DNA of 63,992 bases, counting the filler, from Acidimicrobiia bacterium (lineage in GTDB: Bacteria > Actinomycetota > Acidimicrobiia > Spongiisociales > JAENVV01), in NCBI GenBank assembly GCA_041577335.1. It is 8 parts of 8 records of this genome, joined end to end, with 100 filler letters (N's around TTAATTAATTAA, not from the genome) between each part and the next. Parts side by side here need not be neighbours in the genome. Positions count along the whole stretch, not along the records: positions 1 to 9,965 come from JBFGJH010000088.1; 7 more parts are not named here. The stretch is one strand, 5' to 3'. A program made the position numbers and the translations under genes. Below the pieces are notes generated by a model, which did not search any database, was not told the DNA's origin, and saw nothing but the letters and a program-made list of their open reading frames with translations. Shown piece by piece: positions 1 through 9,604 of this stretch; within the stretch, counting starts at the first letter, position 1, and the number at the start of each line of letters is the position of its first letter.

Positions 1-350
1 GCCTCCACACTCCAGCCAGGCAGTGTTGCGTTCGTCGCAGCCGAGGGATCGGCGAGGTAACCCTGTGCCTCGATGGCGGCCGTGAACCCACAATCCGGAG
101 GCAGGATTCCTGATGCGATCGTCTGGGCCATGGAGAATTCCGGTTCCAACATGATCGCACTGGCGTAGCCGCCGAGACTGGCGACGAGCCGCATCTTCAG
201 ATCGACCAACGTCGAGTCGGGCACCGAGCTGGGATCATCGGGGTCGACGGCAGCACGCAGTGCATCACGATGATCAACCGCGAGAATGTTGAAGTGGCCG
301 TCGGCGGTCGACAGCGTCTGGAGCCGGCGATACACGCCCAGTGATGTCAC
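1..350 (-). CDS. Tagatose-1,6-bisphosphate aldolase (LacD/YihT-like class I aldolase), N-terminal part; runs off the window
   Basis: Not in the ORF track. Hand translation from GTG at 350 (GTGA overlap with the iolC stop) gives MTSLGVYRRLQTLSTADGHFNILAVDHRDALRAAV...ASAIMLEPEFS...AIEAQGY...LPGWSVE, matching LacD-family motifs (LAxDxR, xLDPEx, ExxGY, WSV). Confidence 0.8.
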   Translation of the reverse strand, partial: MTSLGVYRRLQTLSTADGHFNILAVDHRDALRAAVDPDDPSSVPDSTLVDLKMRLVASLGGYASAIMLEPEFSMAQTIASGILPPDCGFTAAIEAQGYLADPSAATNATLPGWSVE

Positions 351-1351
351 TGCCATTCCCCCAAGAACGATTCGACTTCGCCCGGCTTGGGCATTGCCAA
401 GGAGCATCCGTGTCGGGTGACACAGATCGCTCCGCAGGCGTTGCCGTAGCGAACAGCGTCGGGCCAGGAGTCCCCCGCCAATCGACGGGTGATCAGTCCA
501 CTAGCGAATGAATCTCCGGCTCCGACCGTGTTGACGACCTCGACCGGAAAACCGGGAATGTCGTGGGTGCCGCCACGATCAACCAACGAGGCCCCCGCCG
601 AGCCGCGTTTCACCACCACCATCTCGATGGTGTTGGCCAGGTCGGTGACGAGGTCGTCGACCTCTGCCCGCTCTGCCGCAGTCAGCGGCTGACCGCTCAT
701 TGCAGGGGATACGCCCGGCGACAGTGCCGCATGGAACTCCTCCTCGGTTCCGATGACAACGTCCAGGGATGGGAGCAACCTGCGCATCGTCTCGGCGAAC
801 GCGCCGGGTGACGACCATTGGTCCGGCCGCAGGTCGAGGTCGCAGAACCGGGTCAGTCCCAGGGTTCCGGCACGCTCCGCGGCATACAGCGAGGCATCTC
901 GGCAAGGGCCTTTGGCAAAGGCATTGCCAGACAAGAGCAGTGCCTTGGCAGCGGCAAGTGGGACCTGGTCAACGTCCGCTCGATCGATGTAGAGATCGGC
1001 GGCATTGTCTCGGTAGAAGATCAGAGGAAACTGATCTGGCGGCATCACGCCGAGGATCGCCACCGCCGTCTTGCCCTCCGGCTTCGTGGGTATGTAGTCG
1101 GTGATGACGCCCTCACGGGTGAGAAACGCCTTCACGTACGATCCAATCTCGTCATCTCCAACCGCAGTGAGGGCGATCGTCGTGAGCCCGAGCCGTGCTG
1201 CGCCGATGGCGATGTTGGTCGGCGAGCCGCCGACCATGGCGTCGAACCCCGACGGCACGTCTGCGAAGGACGCTCCAATATCACGGCTGTAGAGGTCCAT
1301 GTTTGCCCGGCCGATGGTGACGAGGTCAATCGCAGGAGACATTCCGCTCAC
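347..1351 (-). CDS. iolC: 5-dehydro-2-deoxygluconokinase (PfkB family)
   Basis: IGRANMDLY, GGSPTNIAIGAARLG, FPLIFYRDNAAD and NTVGAGDSFASG; lies next to iolD. Confidence 0.9.
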   Translation of the reverse strand: MSGMSPAIDLVTIGRANMDLYSRDIGASFADVPSGFDAMVGGSPTNIAIGAARLGLTTIALTAVGDDEIGSYVKAFLTREGVITDYIPTKPEGKTAVAILGVMPPDQFPLIFYRDNAADLYIDRADVDQVPLAAAKALLLSGNAFAKGPCRDASLYAAERAGTLGLTRFCDLDLRPDQWSSPGAFAETMRRLLPSLDVVIGTEEEFHAALSPGVSPAMSGQPLTAAERAEVDDLVTDLANTIEMVVVKRGSAGASLVDRGGTHDIPGFPVEVVNTVGAGDSFASGLITRRLAGDSWPDAVRYGNACGAICVTRHGCSLAMPKPGEVESFLGEWQ

Positions 1352-2163
1352 CGGTCCTCCGAGGGCGGGATCTTGGCAGCAGCCTGGCCAAGGGCCTCGG
1401 GCCCGAGCGCTCCGTAGCCGCCGTCAACCCTGAGGTCGCTGCCGGTGATGAACGAAGCTCGTTCGGACGCCAAGAACAGTACCGCCTCGGCAACCTCGTC
1501 GGGATCGGCCATACGGCCGAGCGGTTGAAACTCGGCAGCAAAGCGATCCGCATGAGCTCGGTCGCGATAGCGAGCCTCGAGGTTGCGGCTCCACGTCCAT
1601 CCTGGAGACACCGAATTCACTCTCACTCCGTCAGCCGCAAGCTCCTGGGCGAGGTTCCTCGTCATCTGCAGAATGGCCGCCTTGGTCGTGTTGTAGACGA
1701 GGCGGTGCGGCTGCGAAACGCGTCCGCTGACCGACGAAACATTGACCACGGTTCCCTTGGCGGCCGCGAGCTGGTCGCGGCAGCGTTGCACCAGGATGGC
1801 GCCGGATACAACATTGACGTTGAACGCATCGAGCCATGTTGCCCGGTCCGTCTCCAGCTGGTGATCGACGAAGACCGCGGCGCTGTTGATCACAGCCTTG
1901 ATAGGCGCCATGCCGGTTGCGATGCCCACCGCCCGATCGATGTCGTCATCAAGACGCAGGTCGGTCGCAACGAACTCACAGCGCTCGCCGAGCCCTGCCG
2001 CAGCGTCGTTGCCCTCGGACACTTTCGTGTCGGCGATGACAACGGCCGCCCCACGATCGAGGAACCCGGCGGCGATCGAAGTCCCGATCAGTGATGACCC
2101 ACCAGTGACGATCACCGAGTAACCGGCAAATTCTGAAGGGGCGGAGATCACGGTGTGCGCCAC
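1348..2163 (-). CDS. Short-chain dehydrogenase/reductase
   Basis: TGGSSLIG, NVSS, YNTTK (YxxxK), RVNSVSPG, FITGSDLRVDGG; 4-nt overlap with iolC. Confidence 0.9.
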   Translation of the reverse strand: MAHTVISAPSEFAGYSVIVTGGSSLIGTSIAAGFLDRGAAVVIADTKVSEGNDAAAGLGERCEFVATDLRLDDDIDRAVGIATGMAPIKAVINSAAVFVDHQLETDRATWLDAFNVNVVSGAILVQRCRDQLAAAKGTVVNVSSVSGRVSQPHRLVYNTTKAAILQMTRNLAQELAADGVRVNSVSPGWTWSRNLEARYRDRAHADRFAAEFQPLGRMADPDEVAEAVLFLASERASFITGSDLRVDGGYGALGPEALGQAAAKIPPSEDR

Positions 2164-2170
2164 GCCATTG

Positions 2171-4012
2171 CTAGACGCCGACGCGTTGGTGCTTCTTCTC
2201 GGCGTCTGACTCCGCCCGAGCGATCCTCACCTGTTCTCGCGGCGACACCTCAGGGACCCCGACCTCCCACCATGCGCCGCCTTCGGTCCAGGTGTACTGG
2301 TTGACGTCCATGACGATGGCGTAGGTCTTGGGCGACGCTTTCGCCCGCGCAAAGGCATCGGGAAGGTCGTCGAGAGATGTAACCCGCTCGGCAGTGGCCC
2401 CCATCGCCTCGACATGTTTGACGAAATCGACCCGGAAAAGGTCTTCATGCTTGGAGCTTTGCAGCAGATTGTTGAACTCCGCCCCGCCCGTGTTCACCTG
2501 CAAGCGATTGATGACGGCGAAGCCGCCATTGTCCAAGACCATGAGAATCAGCTTGTGGCCGGTGAACACGGACGAGAAGACGTCGGAGTTCATCATCAGG
2601 TATGAGCCATCGCCGGTCCACACGATCACATCGGTGTCGGGGCGGGCCATCTTGGCGCCCCAACCGCCGGCGATTTCGTATCCCATGGTGGAGTAGCCGT
2701 ACTCCGAGTCGAACGTGCCGACGCCTTTGGAACGCCACCCCATCGTCAGCTCACCGGGCAGGCCGCCTGCCGCCGAGAGGCAATAATCGTCATCGTCGGC
2801 CAGATCGTTGATGATCTGAATGACCTGGGCATACGCAGGCGGATCGATGTCGTTTCGACGCCACGAGTCGAGATACCGGTGCCACGAAGCGATCTGCGTT
2901 TGCGCGAACCCCAGCCAGTCGGACGGCGCGGCGAAATCGCCGAGTTCCTCGTCGAGAAGGCCAAGGCTCACTTGTGCGTCGCCGATCACCCCAACCGCAT
3001 GCTGTTTGGTCGCATCCCATCGGGCTGCATTGATGGCAACAAAGCGAACCGCCGGATTCTTGAACACGGACCACGAACCGGTGGTGAAGTCCTGGAGCCG
3101 CGTTCCAACAGCAACCACCACATCGGCCTCTTCCGCAACGGCGTTGGCAGCCTCCGAGCCGGTGACCCCGATGGGCCCGGCGTAGTTGGGATGGTCGTGG
3201 ACCAAGGTTGCCTTCCCGGCCACCGTCTCGACCACGGGGATATTTCGGCGCTCCGCAAAATCGGTGAGCTCAGCAACAGCACCGGAGTAGTGGACACCCC
3301 CACCGGCGATGATCAGCGGTTTCTCGGCTCGTCCCAACACCGCCGCGGCCGCCGCGATCTCACGTTGGTCGGGACCGGGGCGGCGTATGAAATGGACCTT
3401 CGTCTTGAAGAAGTCGGTGGGATAGTCGTAGGCCTCGGCCTGAACGTCCTGGGGAAGGCCGATGAACGCGGGGCCGCATTCTCCCGGGTCGAGCATCACT
3501 GCGAGCGCCTGGGGAAGGGACTGGATGATTTGCTCCGGCTTGGTGATCCGATCCCAGTAGCGAGTCACCGGCTTGAACGCATCGGTCACAGTCACTGTGG
3601 GGTTGGCGAAGTTCTCGACCTGCTGGAGCACCGGGTCAACGATGCGGTGTTGAAATGTGTCGCCTGAGAACAGCAACAGCGGAAGCCGGTTGGCGTGAGC
3701 AACAGCTGCTGCGGTGACCATATTGGTGCATCCCGGGCCAATCGAAGAGGTCGCCACCATGATTTGTCGACGGCGTTTGGCCTTGGCGTAGCCGACCGCG
3801 GCGAGCGCCATCGATTGCTCGTTGTGGCCGCGCCACGTCGGTAGCTGATCTTTGACGGGCTCGAGCGCTTCGGCGAGACACGTCACATTCCCATGACCAA
3901 AGATCCCGAACACACCTGGGAAGAGCGCCACCTCATCGCCGTCGACAACCGTGCGCTGGGCAAGTAGCCAACGGACAACCGCCTGGGCCATCGTCAATCG
4001 AACTGTTTCCAC
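2171..4012 (-). CDS. iolD: 3D-(3,5/4)-trihydroxycyclohexane-1,2-dione acylhydrolase (TPP-dependent)
   Basis: RLTMAQA, GIFGHGNV, HNEQSMALAAVGYAK, EYGYSTMGYEIAG, GDGSYLM and WWEVGVPEVS. Confidence 0.95.
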   Translation of the reverse strand: METVRLTMAQAVVRWLLAQRTVVDGDEVALFPGVFGIFGHGNVTCLAEALEPVKDQLPTWRGHNEQSMALAAVGYAKAKRRRQIMVATSSIGPGCTNMVTAAAVAHANRLPLLLFSGDTFQHRIVDPVLQQVENFANPTVTVTDAFKPVTRYWDRITKPEQIIQSLPQALAVMLDPGECGPAFIGLPQDVQAEAYDYPTDFFKTKVHFIRRPGPDQREIAAAAAVLGRAEKPLIIAGGGVHYSGAVAELTDFAERRNIPVVETVAGKATLVHDHPNYAGPIGVTGSEAANAVAEEADVVVAVGTRLQDFTTGSWSVFKNPAVRFVAINAARWDATKQHAVGVIGDAQVSLGLLDEELGDFAAPSDWLGFAQTQIASWHRYLDSWRRNDIDPPAYAQVIQIINDLADDDDYCLSAAGGLPGELTMGWRSKGVGTFDSEYGYSTMGYEIAGGWGAKMARPDTDVIVWTGDGSYLMMNSDVFSSVFTGHKLILMVLDNGGFAVINRLQVNTGGAEFNNLLQSSKHEDLFRVDFVKHVEAMGATAERVTSLDDLPDAFARAKASPKTYAIVMDVNQYTWTEGGAWWEVGVPEVSPREQVRIARAESDAEKKHQRVGV

Positions 4013-4024
4013 TTGCTCCTCCTT

Positions 4025-5200
4025 CTATTCCGGCAACGCCAGATCATGTACGTCTTCCCAGTGCTCCGAATCCCACGAACGGGTCATCGCATCGAGAACG
4101 TTGGCGACATCCAGCGCCTGGCGAAAACCCGGTTCGTGCTGCCGATCGTCCCGCACTGCTTTCAGGAACTCGAGCGCCTCGATCACCTTGAGATCTTCGT
4201 ACCCAATGGAGTTCCCCCCGCCCGGCACAATGTTGCCTTGGTTTGGGAATGAATCTCCGGCCAGCACTTCAATGAAGCCATCGAGTGGCTGTTCCTCGGG
4301 AAGGAAGAGGCTGAGCTGATTGAGTTTCTCGTGATCCCACGAGGCCGCTCCCTTGCTCCCGTTGAGTTCAAACGCCATTTGTGATTGCGGTCCAAAGATC
4401 GATCGGTCGGCCTCGAGAGCGCCCCGGGCGCCGTTGGCGAATTCGATCATGGCCCCAACGTAGTCCTCGTTGGTCACCGGACCGGTCGGGTCGCCGGGTT
4501 GGCCGCGGTCGTAGTGGGTTCCTTTCCCCGGCGCGGGAATCGGACGCGCCTTGACGAAGATCTCCTTCACCGACACCACCCGGGCAATCGGACCGAAGAG
4601 GTAGAGGGCCATGTCAACCGCATGCGTCATGATGTCGGTGAGTGCTCCGAAGCCTGCTTCTTCCTGTTTGAAACGCCAGGACAGCACACCGAGCCTGTCT
4701 CGACCGTACATCGAGAAGAAGCGGCCGCGGTAGTGAGTCGGATCACCCAATCGGCCCTCGTCGAGGAGAGCCTTGGTGTGTTGCACCAGAGGAGCCCACC
4801 GGTAGTTGTAGCCACATCCAGTGATGCTGCCGGCCCGGCGGGCCGCCAATTCGATGGCGGCGGTTGCAGCCGGATTCACACCAACCGGCTTCTCACAGAA
4901 GACGGCCTTGCCGGCGGCGGTCGCCGCCTCGGCCAACTCCTGATGCATCGCATTGGGCGCGGTGATGTCGATCACATCGATATCAGGATCCTCGAGGAGG
5001 GTGCGCCAGTCATGGGTCGCGCGCCGGAAACCGAAGTTGTCGACTGCCTCGTCGGTGCGGGCAGCGACGGTATCGGCGATCGCCACCAACTCGGGGCGTA
5101 TCCCCTCGGAAGGGAAATAGGTGGGAATGGCCCGATAAGCTCGGGAATGAGCTTGGCCCATCCATCCAAACCCGATGACGCCGACACCGATACGCCTCAA
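4025..5200 (-). CDS. Gfo/Idh/MocA family oxidoreductase (inositol/cyclitol dehydrogenase-like)
   Basis: GVIGFGWMG, ITAPNAMH and CEKP. Likely TTG start at 5200, overlapping the upstream TGA. Confidence 0.88.
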   Translation of the reverse strand: MRRIGVGVIGFGWMGQAHSRAYRAIPTYFPSEGIRPELVAIADTVAARTDEAVDNFGFRRATHDWRTLLEDPDIDVIDITAPNAMHQELAEAATAAGKAVFCEKPVGVNPAATAAIELAARRAGSITGCGYNYRWAPLVQHTKALLDEGRLGDPTHYRGRFFSMYGRDRLGVLSWRFKQEEAGFGALTDIMTHAVDMALYLFGPIARVVSVKEIFVKARPIPAPGKGTHYDRGQPGDPTGPVTNEDYVGAMIEFANGARGALEADRSIFGPQSQMAFELNGSKGAASWDHEKLNQLSLFLPEEQPLDGFIEVLAGDSFPNQGNIVPGGGNSIGYEDLKVIEALEFLKAVRDDRQHEPGFRQALDVANVLDAMTRSWDSEHWEDVHDLALPE

Positions 5201-6180
5201 CCGGCACGCTCCAGTCTCGCCAGCACGGCCGGCCAAACCTCGGGGTTCACGAGATGAGCGGGACGCCGCCCGGCCAACACATCGAGCACCTGGAGATAGC
5301 CCCCCTCGAAGTTCTTCACCCGTCCCAAATCGGTGGCGGTGGCGACGTGCGGCGTCACGACGACATCGTCGCGGTGAAGGAGCGGATGGCCCTTGGGAAG
5401 CGGTTCGGGATCGGTCACGTCGAGTCCGGCCGCCCCGACGATGCCCGCCTCGAGCGCCCCCAAGAGTGCATCATGATCGACCAGACCTCCCCGAGCCGTA
5501 TTGACGAAGACCACCCCCCGCTTGCATCGGGAGAAGAAGTCTTCTCCACACAGCCCGGCCGTCTCGGCTGTCAGCGGCACATGCACCGAGATCACGTCTG
5601 CCACGGCTACCAGCTGATCGATGCTGTCGGCGGCCTCGACGCCTTCTGGCGCATCGGCCACGTATGGGTCGTAGGTGGCAACCGTCATGTCGAGCGCCAT
5701 TGCCACCCTGGCAACTCGCCGAGCGATCCGCCCATATCCGACAAGGGCCAGGCGCTTGCCGGCAAGCTCGAGGCCGTGGTGAACGTCATAGAGATCCACA
5801 GCGCCCTGACGCAGTCCCGTCTGGGCACGCTCCAAACGCTTGGCCGCGGCGAGTATCAACGTCACGGCGTGTTCGGCTGTTGAGATGGTGGGTGCGTCAG
5901 GTGCGTTGCAGACAGCGATGCCGCGCTCGGTGGCCGCTTCCAGGTCAACGCCGTCAACACCGATGCCCGTGCGCCCGATCACGAGCACCTCCGGACCTCG
6001 AGCCATGACCTCTCCGGTGTACTTGAGGGCGCCCGCCACGATGCCTTGAGCCTCCGCCAATGCAGAGAAGGGGTCATTCGGTGTCGCCGCGGCCGGGCCT
6101 AGCGTTGTCACCCGTTCGAGCACATGCTGCCGGTACGGCGCCACGGGCTCCCTTTCAAACCACACACGGGGCAGCGTCAT
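5197..6180 (-). CDS. D-isomer-specific 2-hydroxyacid dehydrogenase (SerA-like, no ACT domain)
   Basis: GRTGIGVD, VGYGRIA, NTARGGLVD, GLDVTDPEP and TPHVA. Start chosen at ATG 6180 (alternative 6198). Confidence 0.88.
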   Translation of the reverse strand: MTLPRVWFEREPVAPYRQHVLERVTTLGPAAATPNDPFSALAEAQGIVAGALKYTGEVMARGPEVLVIGRTGIGVDGVDLEAATERGIAVCNAPDAPTISTAEHAVTLILAAAKRLERAQTGLRQGAVDLYDVHHGLELAGKRLALVGYGRIARRVARVAMALDMTVATYDPYVADAPEGVEAADSIDQLVAVADVISVHVPLTAETAGLCGEDFFSRCKRGVVFVNTARGGLVDHDALLGALEAGIVGAAGLDVTDPEPLPKGHPLLHRDDVVVTPHVATATDLGRVKNFEGGYLQVLDVLAGRRPAHLVNPEVWPAVLARLERAG

Positions 6181-6198
6181 CCGTCGGACTATAGCCAT

Positions 6199-6212
6199 TT
6201 GGAACGTTCCAA
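6199..6212. promoter_or_regulatory. LacI-family operator, perfect palindrome TTGGAACGTTCCAA (copy 1)
   Basis: 14-bp perfect palindrome with central CG just upstream of the minus-strand iol operon; identical copy at 7730. Confidence 0.8.
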
Positions 6213-6256
6213 GGACCAGTGATGCACCAATCGATACCCGTGGAGGCGGTGTCGAG

Positions 6257-6694
6257 CTACGCGTCCTGCTGACTCACCGACTCGCTGAAATCCTCCAGCG
6301 AACTGAGCACCAACCCCGACCCTCCGAAGAGCAAAACCAACACCACGATGATGTCGAAGGCACTCATGCCCTGGAAGGAGAACTGGATGCTGGCGATGGC
6401 TCCCACGATGAGCGCAAGCAACGAACCGACCCCGAGCAGCCATCCGTACCACTTGTCCCGGTCGTAGAAGATGATGACAACGCCGATGATGAATGGGATG
6501 AGAATCATCCCGCTGGTGATCCCGAATCCGCCGATCGCGTAGAGGCCCCGGCCGAAGCCGAAACCGTGAACCACCCGGATGGCGTTGAGGAGCAAATACA
6601 CCCCGACGATCACCATCGCTATGCCGAGCAAGAAGCGAGCGATGCCTCCGGGCGTGCCCCCGGCACCTCGATCGGGTCCTGTGAGTCTGTCCAT
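6257..6694 (-). CDS. Conserved hypothetical membrane protein (about 4 TM helices)
   Basis: GAGGTPGG N-terminus followed by hydrophobic Gly-rich helices. Confidence 0.75.
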   Translation of the reverse strand: MDRLTGPDRGAGGTPGGIARFLLGIAMVIVGVYLLLNAIRVVHGFGFGRGLYAIGGFGITSGMILIPFIIGVVIIFYDRDKWYGWLLGVGSLLALIVGAIASIQFSFQGMSAFDIIVVLVLLFGGSGLVLSSLEDFSESVSQQDA

Positions 6695-6720
6695 GCTTCG
6701 ATCTTACGACGCAGTCCTGG

Positions 6721-7596
6721 TTATTCCGGTGTTCCCGCTCCACCGAACACTTCTTCGGGAATACCCGTGACACCCGCGTCGAGAACCAGCAGGCGGCCGT
6801 CGAGCCCGTCGCCATCTTCACGATCTCCGGGCCGGGGACCGATTGACGTCACGAACATCTGCGCGAGCTCCGGCCCGCCAAATGTCACCCGAGTCGGCCG
6901 GGCGAGGGGAACCTCGATGATCTGTCTCAGCTCACCCTGTGGTGAAAAACAAACCAGCCGGCTGCCGTGAACGGCTGCCAGCCAGTAGTTTCCCTCGCTG
7001 TCGACGCAACCTCCATCGGGCCGACCATCCGCAGAGGCAAGGCTGGCAAAAGGCGTACCGTCGACAACCGACGACGTCGGGTAGTCGTACACCTCGACCG
7101 TATCGGTGAACGTATCGGCGAAGTACATCCGTTCACCGCCAGGAGAGAAGGCCAGGCCATTGGTCACCCCGATATGCGTGCGAGCGACAGTCGATCGCCC
7201 AGACGGCAACACCCGGTACAACACACCTGTGCTTCTGCGAAGCGACGTGTCCGCATGCATGCTGCCCACCCAAAACGACCCATCGGGCGCAACTCGCCCG
7301 TCATTCAGCCGATTGCCGGGAAGGTCCTCGAGCGTGATCCATGCTCGGAATGAACCGTGGTCGAGCCAGGCCAGGTCTCCTTCCCGTGCAACGAGAACGA
7401 CCTCCGGATTCGCCGTGAGAGCAACGGCGGCCGGCCGTCCCTCACAGGGAAAGGCAACGACCCTTCCGGAAGCAGGATCGCCTCGCCACACTGTCGCTCC
7501 GTCGATGTCGACCCACCACAGCCTCTGGATACGGTGATCCCACACCGGGCACTCACCGAGAGACGTGGTGACGTCGAAAATCGGATCTCCCGGCAT
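6721..7596 (-). CDS. SMP-30/gluconolactonase family beta-propeller protein
   Basis: LGECPVWD, RLNDGRV, GVTNGLAFSP, RPDGGCVD and TFGGPEL. Likely start at ATG 7596 (MPGDPIF). Confidence 0.88.
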   Translation of the reverse strand: MPGDPIFDVTTSLGECPVWDHRIQRLWWVDIDGATVWRGDPASGRVVAFPCEGRPAAVALTANPEVVLVAREGDLAWLDHGSFRAWITLEDLPGNRLNDGRVAPDGSFWVGSMHADTSLRRSTGVLYRVLPSGRSTVARTHIGVTNGLAFSPGGERMYFADTFTDTVEVYDYPTSSVVDGTPFASLASADGRPDGGCVDSEGNYWLAAVHGSRLVCFSPQGELRQIIEVPLARPTRVTFGGPELAQMFVTSIGPRPGDREDGDGLDGRLLVLDAGVTGIPEEVFGGAGTPE

Positions 7597-7729
7597 TGGC
7601 CGATAGTAGACGGTGCGACAGCTCGCGTTGAGCCCGCCAAGAGGCCAGCCCGCAGACGATGAAGAGCCACAAGGCATCGCCGAATTCGACCAACGGCCGA
7701 TTGACAACCGACTCCGGTAGAGGCAAGCT

Positions 7730-7743
7730 TTGGAACGTTCCAA
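7730..7743. promoter_or_regulatory. LacI-family operator TTGGAACGTTCCAA (copy 2)
   Basis: Identical palindrome 22 nt upstream of the iolE ATG, in the divergent lactonase/iolE region. Confidence 0.8.
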
Positions 7744-7765
7744 CCGACGAGCTCAGGGACGTGAT

Positions 7766-8647
7766 ATGGCTTTTCTCGACCGAATCGCAGGAGCACCCAT
7801 CACGTGGGGCGTTGATGGATCACCTGGTTGGGGATATCTGATGGACCCAACCCGCGTGCTCAACGAGATGCGCTCCGTTGGCCTCCACGCCACCGAGTTG
7901 GGCCCCGACCGCTACCTCCCGACCGAGCCTCGCGAGCTGGAAACCCTCTTGGAGAGCTACGAGCTGAGCCTGATTGGGGCTTTCGTTCCGCTCACCCTCT
8001 ACCGGGCCGAGCTCGCCTCGGAAACGCTCTCGTACTGCCGCCGTGCGTCGGGAACGCTTGCGGGCGCCGGATCTTCCATCATGGTTCTGGGCCCGTCGTC
8101 GCATCTCGACGGCTACGACACACCTGTGACGCTCTCCGAAGAAGAGTGGGATCTCTTTTTCGAAAACTTGGAGCGGGTGGTTGAAATCAACGAGGAAGAC
8201 GGCCTCACCACCGCGGTTCATCCCCATTGGGGCATGGCGGTGGAGCGGCCTGAGCACATAGATCGGCTGCTCGAATGCTCAGACGCCGGCATTTGCCTCG
8301 ACACTGGTCACATCTACCTCGGGGGGGGAGATCCAGTTGCGATTGCCGAACAGGCAGGGAAACGGGTGGTCCATGTTCACCTCAAGGATGTCGATGAGGC
8401 CAAGGCGCAGGACGTGCTGACCGGCGCAACACCTTTCCGTCAGGCAGTGATCGAGGACCTCTTCGTGCCCCTGGGTGAAGGAGCGGTCGACATCGCCGGC
8501 GTGATCCGCCATCTCGAATCGATCGGCTTCGACGGCTGGTACGTTCTCGAACAGGATGTGTCGTTGAAGGGTGAACCTGCCCCGGGCGAAGGCCCCATCG
8601 CCGACGCGATCACCAGCGTGAAATACCTCGACGGAATCAAGCTCTGA
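7766..8647 (+). CDS. iolE: myo-inosose-2 dehydratase (TIM barrel, xylose isomerase-like)
   Basis: IAGAPITWG, TELGP, HPHWG, CLDTGH, HVHLKD, PLGEG and WYVLEQD. ATG at 7766. Confidence 0.85.
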   Translation: MAFLDRIAGAPITWGVDGSPGWGYLMDPTRVLNEMRSVGLHATELGPDRYLPTEPRELETLLESYELSLIGAFVPLTLYRAELASETLSYCRRASGTLAGAGSSIMVLGPSSHLDGYDTPVTLSEEEWDLFFENLERVVEINEEDGLTTAVHPHWGMAVERPEHIDRLLECSDAGICLDTGHIYLGGGDPVAIAEQAGKRVVHVHLKDVDEAKAQDVLTGATPFRQAVIEDLFVPLGEGAVDIAGVIRHLESIGFDGWYVLEQDVSLKGEPAPGEGPIADAITSVKYLDGIKL

Positions 8648-8674
8648 GGCCGAAAGGCCCACCCACTGGCCGGC

Positions 8675-9604
8675 CTACATCTCATACTCTCGCCGGAACC
8701 GACTCAGCAGGGTTCGGATCGGAGTGGCGGTCCGCTCGAGCAGCTCGTCGGTACGCGGAGTCGTCAGTGACGTGTCATATGGAACCGAACCGCCCGGTGG
8801 CATAGCCGACGGAGGCGGCTCGGCATAACGAAGAAGTCCGGCGTCGAGATCGAAGACATCGCAGGTCAGTTCGGCCAATTGTCGACGGGACACTGCATCG
8901 GCACCGGAACAGTGGAATACGCCTGTCAATTTCCGGGCGCCGATCTCCAACATGATTTCTCCGCATTCGGTCGCCAGCGACGGCGTAGCCACCATGTTGA
9001 TGGAGTCCGATTCCCACACCGTGAAAGGTCTGCCGGCTTTCAAATTGTCGACGATCGAAGCCACGAAATACCCGAAGCCAGGATCCTGACTCCGAGGGGT
9101 GTCGGGCCGCGCCCGATGGACGCCGTTCACGCCCGACACCCGAGCTACCGCACCATTTTTCTCCAACGCCACCATCTCACTGGCGAGCTTGAGGACGCCA
9201 TAGAGGTTCACCGGGTTCGGAGCCGTGCCTTCGTCGGCGCCTGCCTGAGTTCCATCGAATACCCAATCGGTGGACACCACGACGTATGCCGCGCCGACCT
9301 CCTCGGCCGCGGCCGCTGTGAAACGCGTCGCTGACACGTAGGTGTCCCAGGCGAATTGGCGGTCGGCGTACATACGATCCCAGTCGTTGAGGATCGCACA
9401 GTGGATCACGACGTCTGGACCGAAGCCGTCGACGCTGCCCCGCACTGCCGCCGCATCCAGCATGTCCACATGATCGACCAGGTAGGTGCTATCGGCTGGA
9501 ACGAAACTGTGCACCGTCGTCATGACGGTGTGACCGGCCTGCTCGGCGGCATGGACGATGTTGCTGCCGACGAACCCGGTGCCACCCGTCAACCACACGC
9601 GCAT
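8675..9604 (-). CDS. RmlD-like (dTDP-4-dehydrorhamnose reductase family) extended SDR
   Basis: TGGTGFVG, STDWVFDG and PVNLYGVLK; TGATG overlap with iolG. Confidence 0.82.
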   Translation of the reverse strand: MRVWLTGGTGFVGSNIVHAAEQAGHTVMTTVHSFVPADSTYLVDHVDMLDAAAVRGSVDGFGPDVVIHCAILNDWDRMYADRQFAWDTYVSATRFTAAAAEEVGAAYVVVSTDWVFDGTQAGADEGTAPNPVNLYGVLKLASEMVALEKNGAVARVSGVNGVHRARPDTPRSQDPGFGYFVASIVDNLKAGRPFTVWESDSINMVATPSLATECGEIMLEIGARKLTGVFHCSGADAVSRRQLAELTCDVFDLDAGLLRYAEPPPSAMPPGGSVPYDTSLTTPRTDELLERTATPIRTLLSRFRREYEM

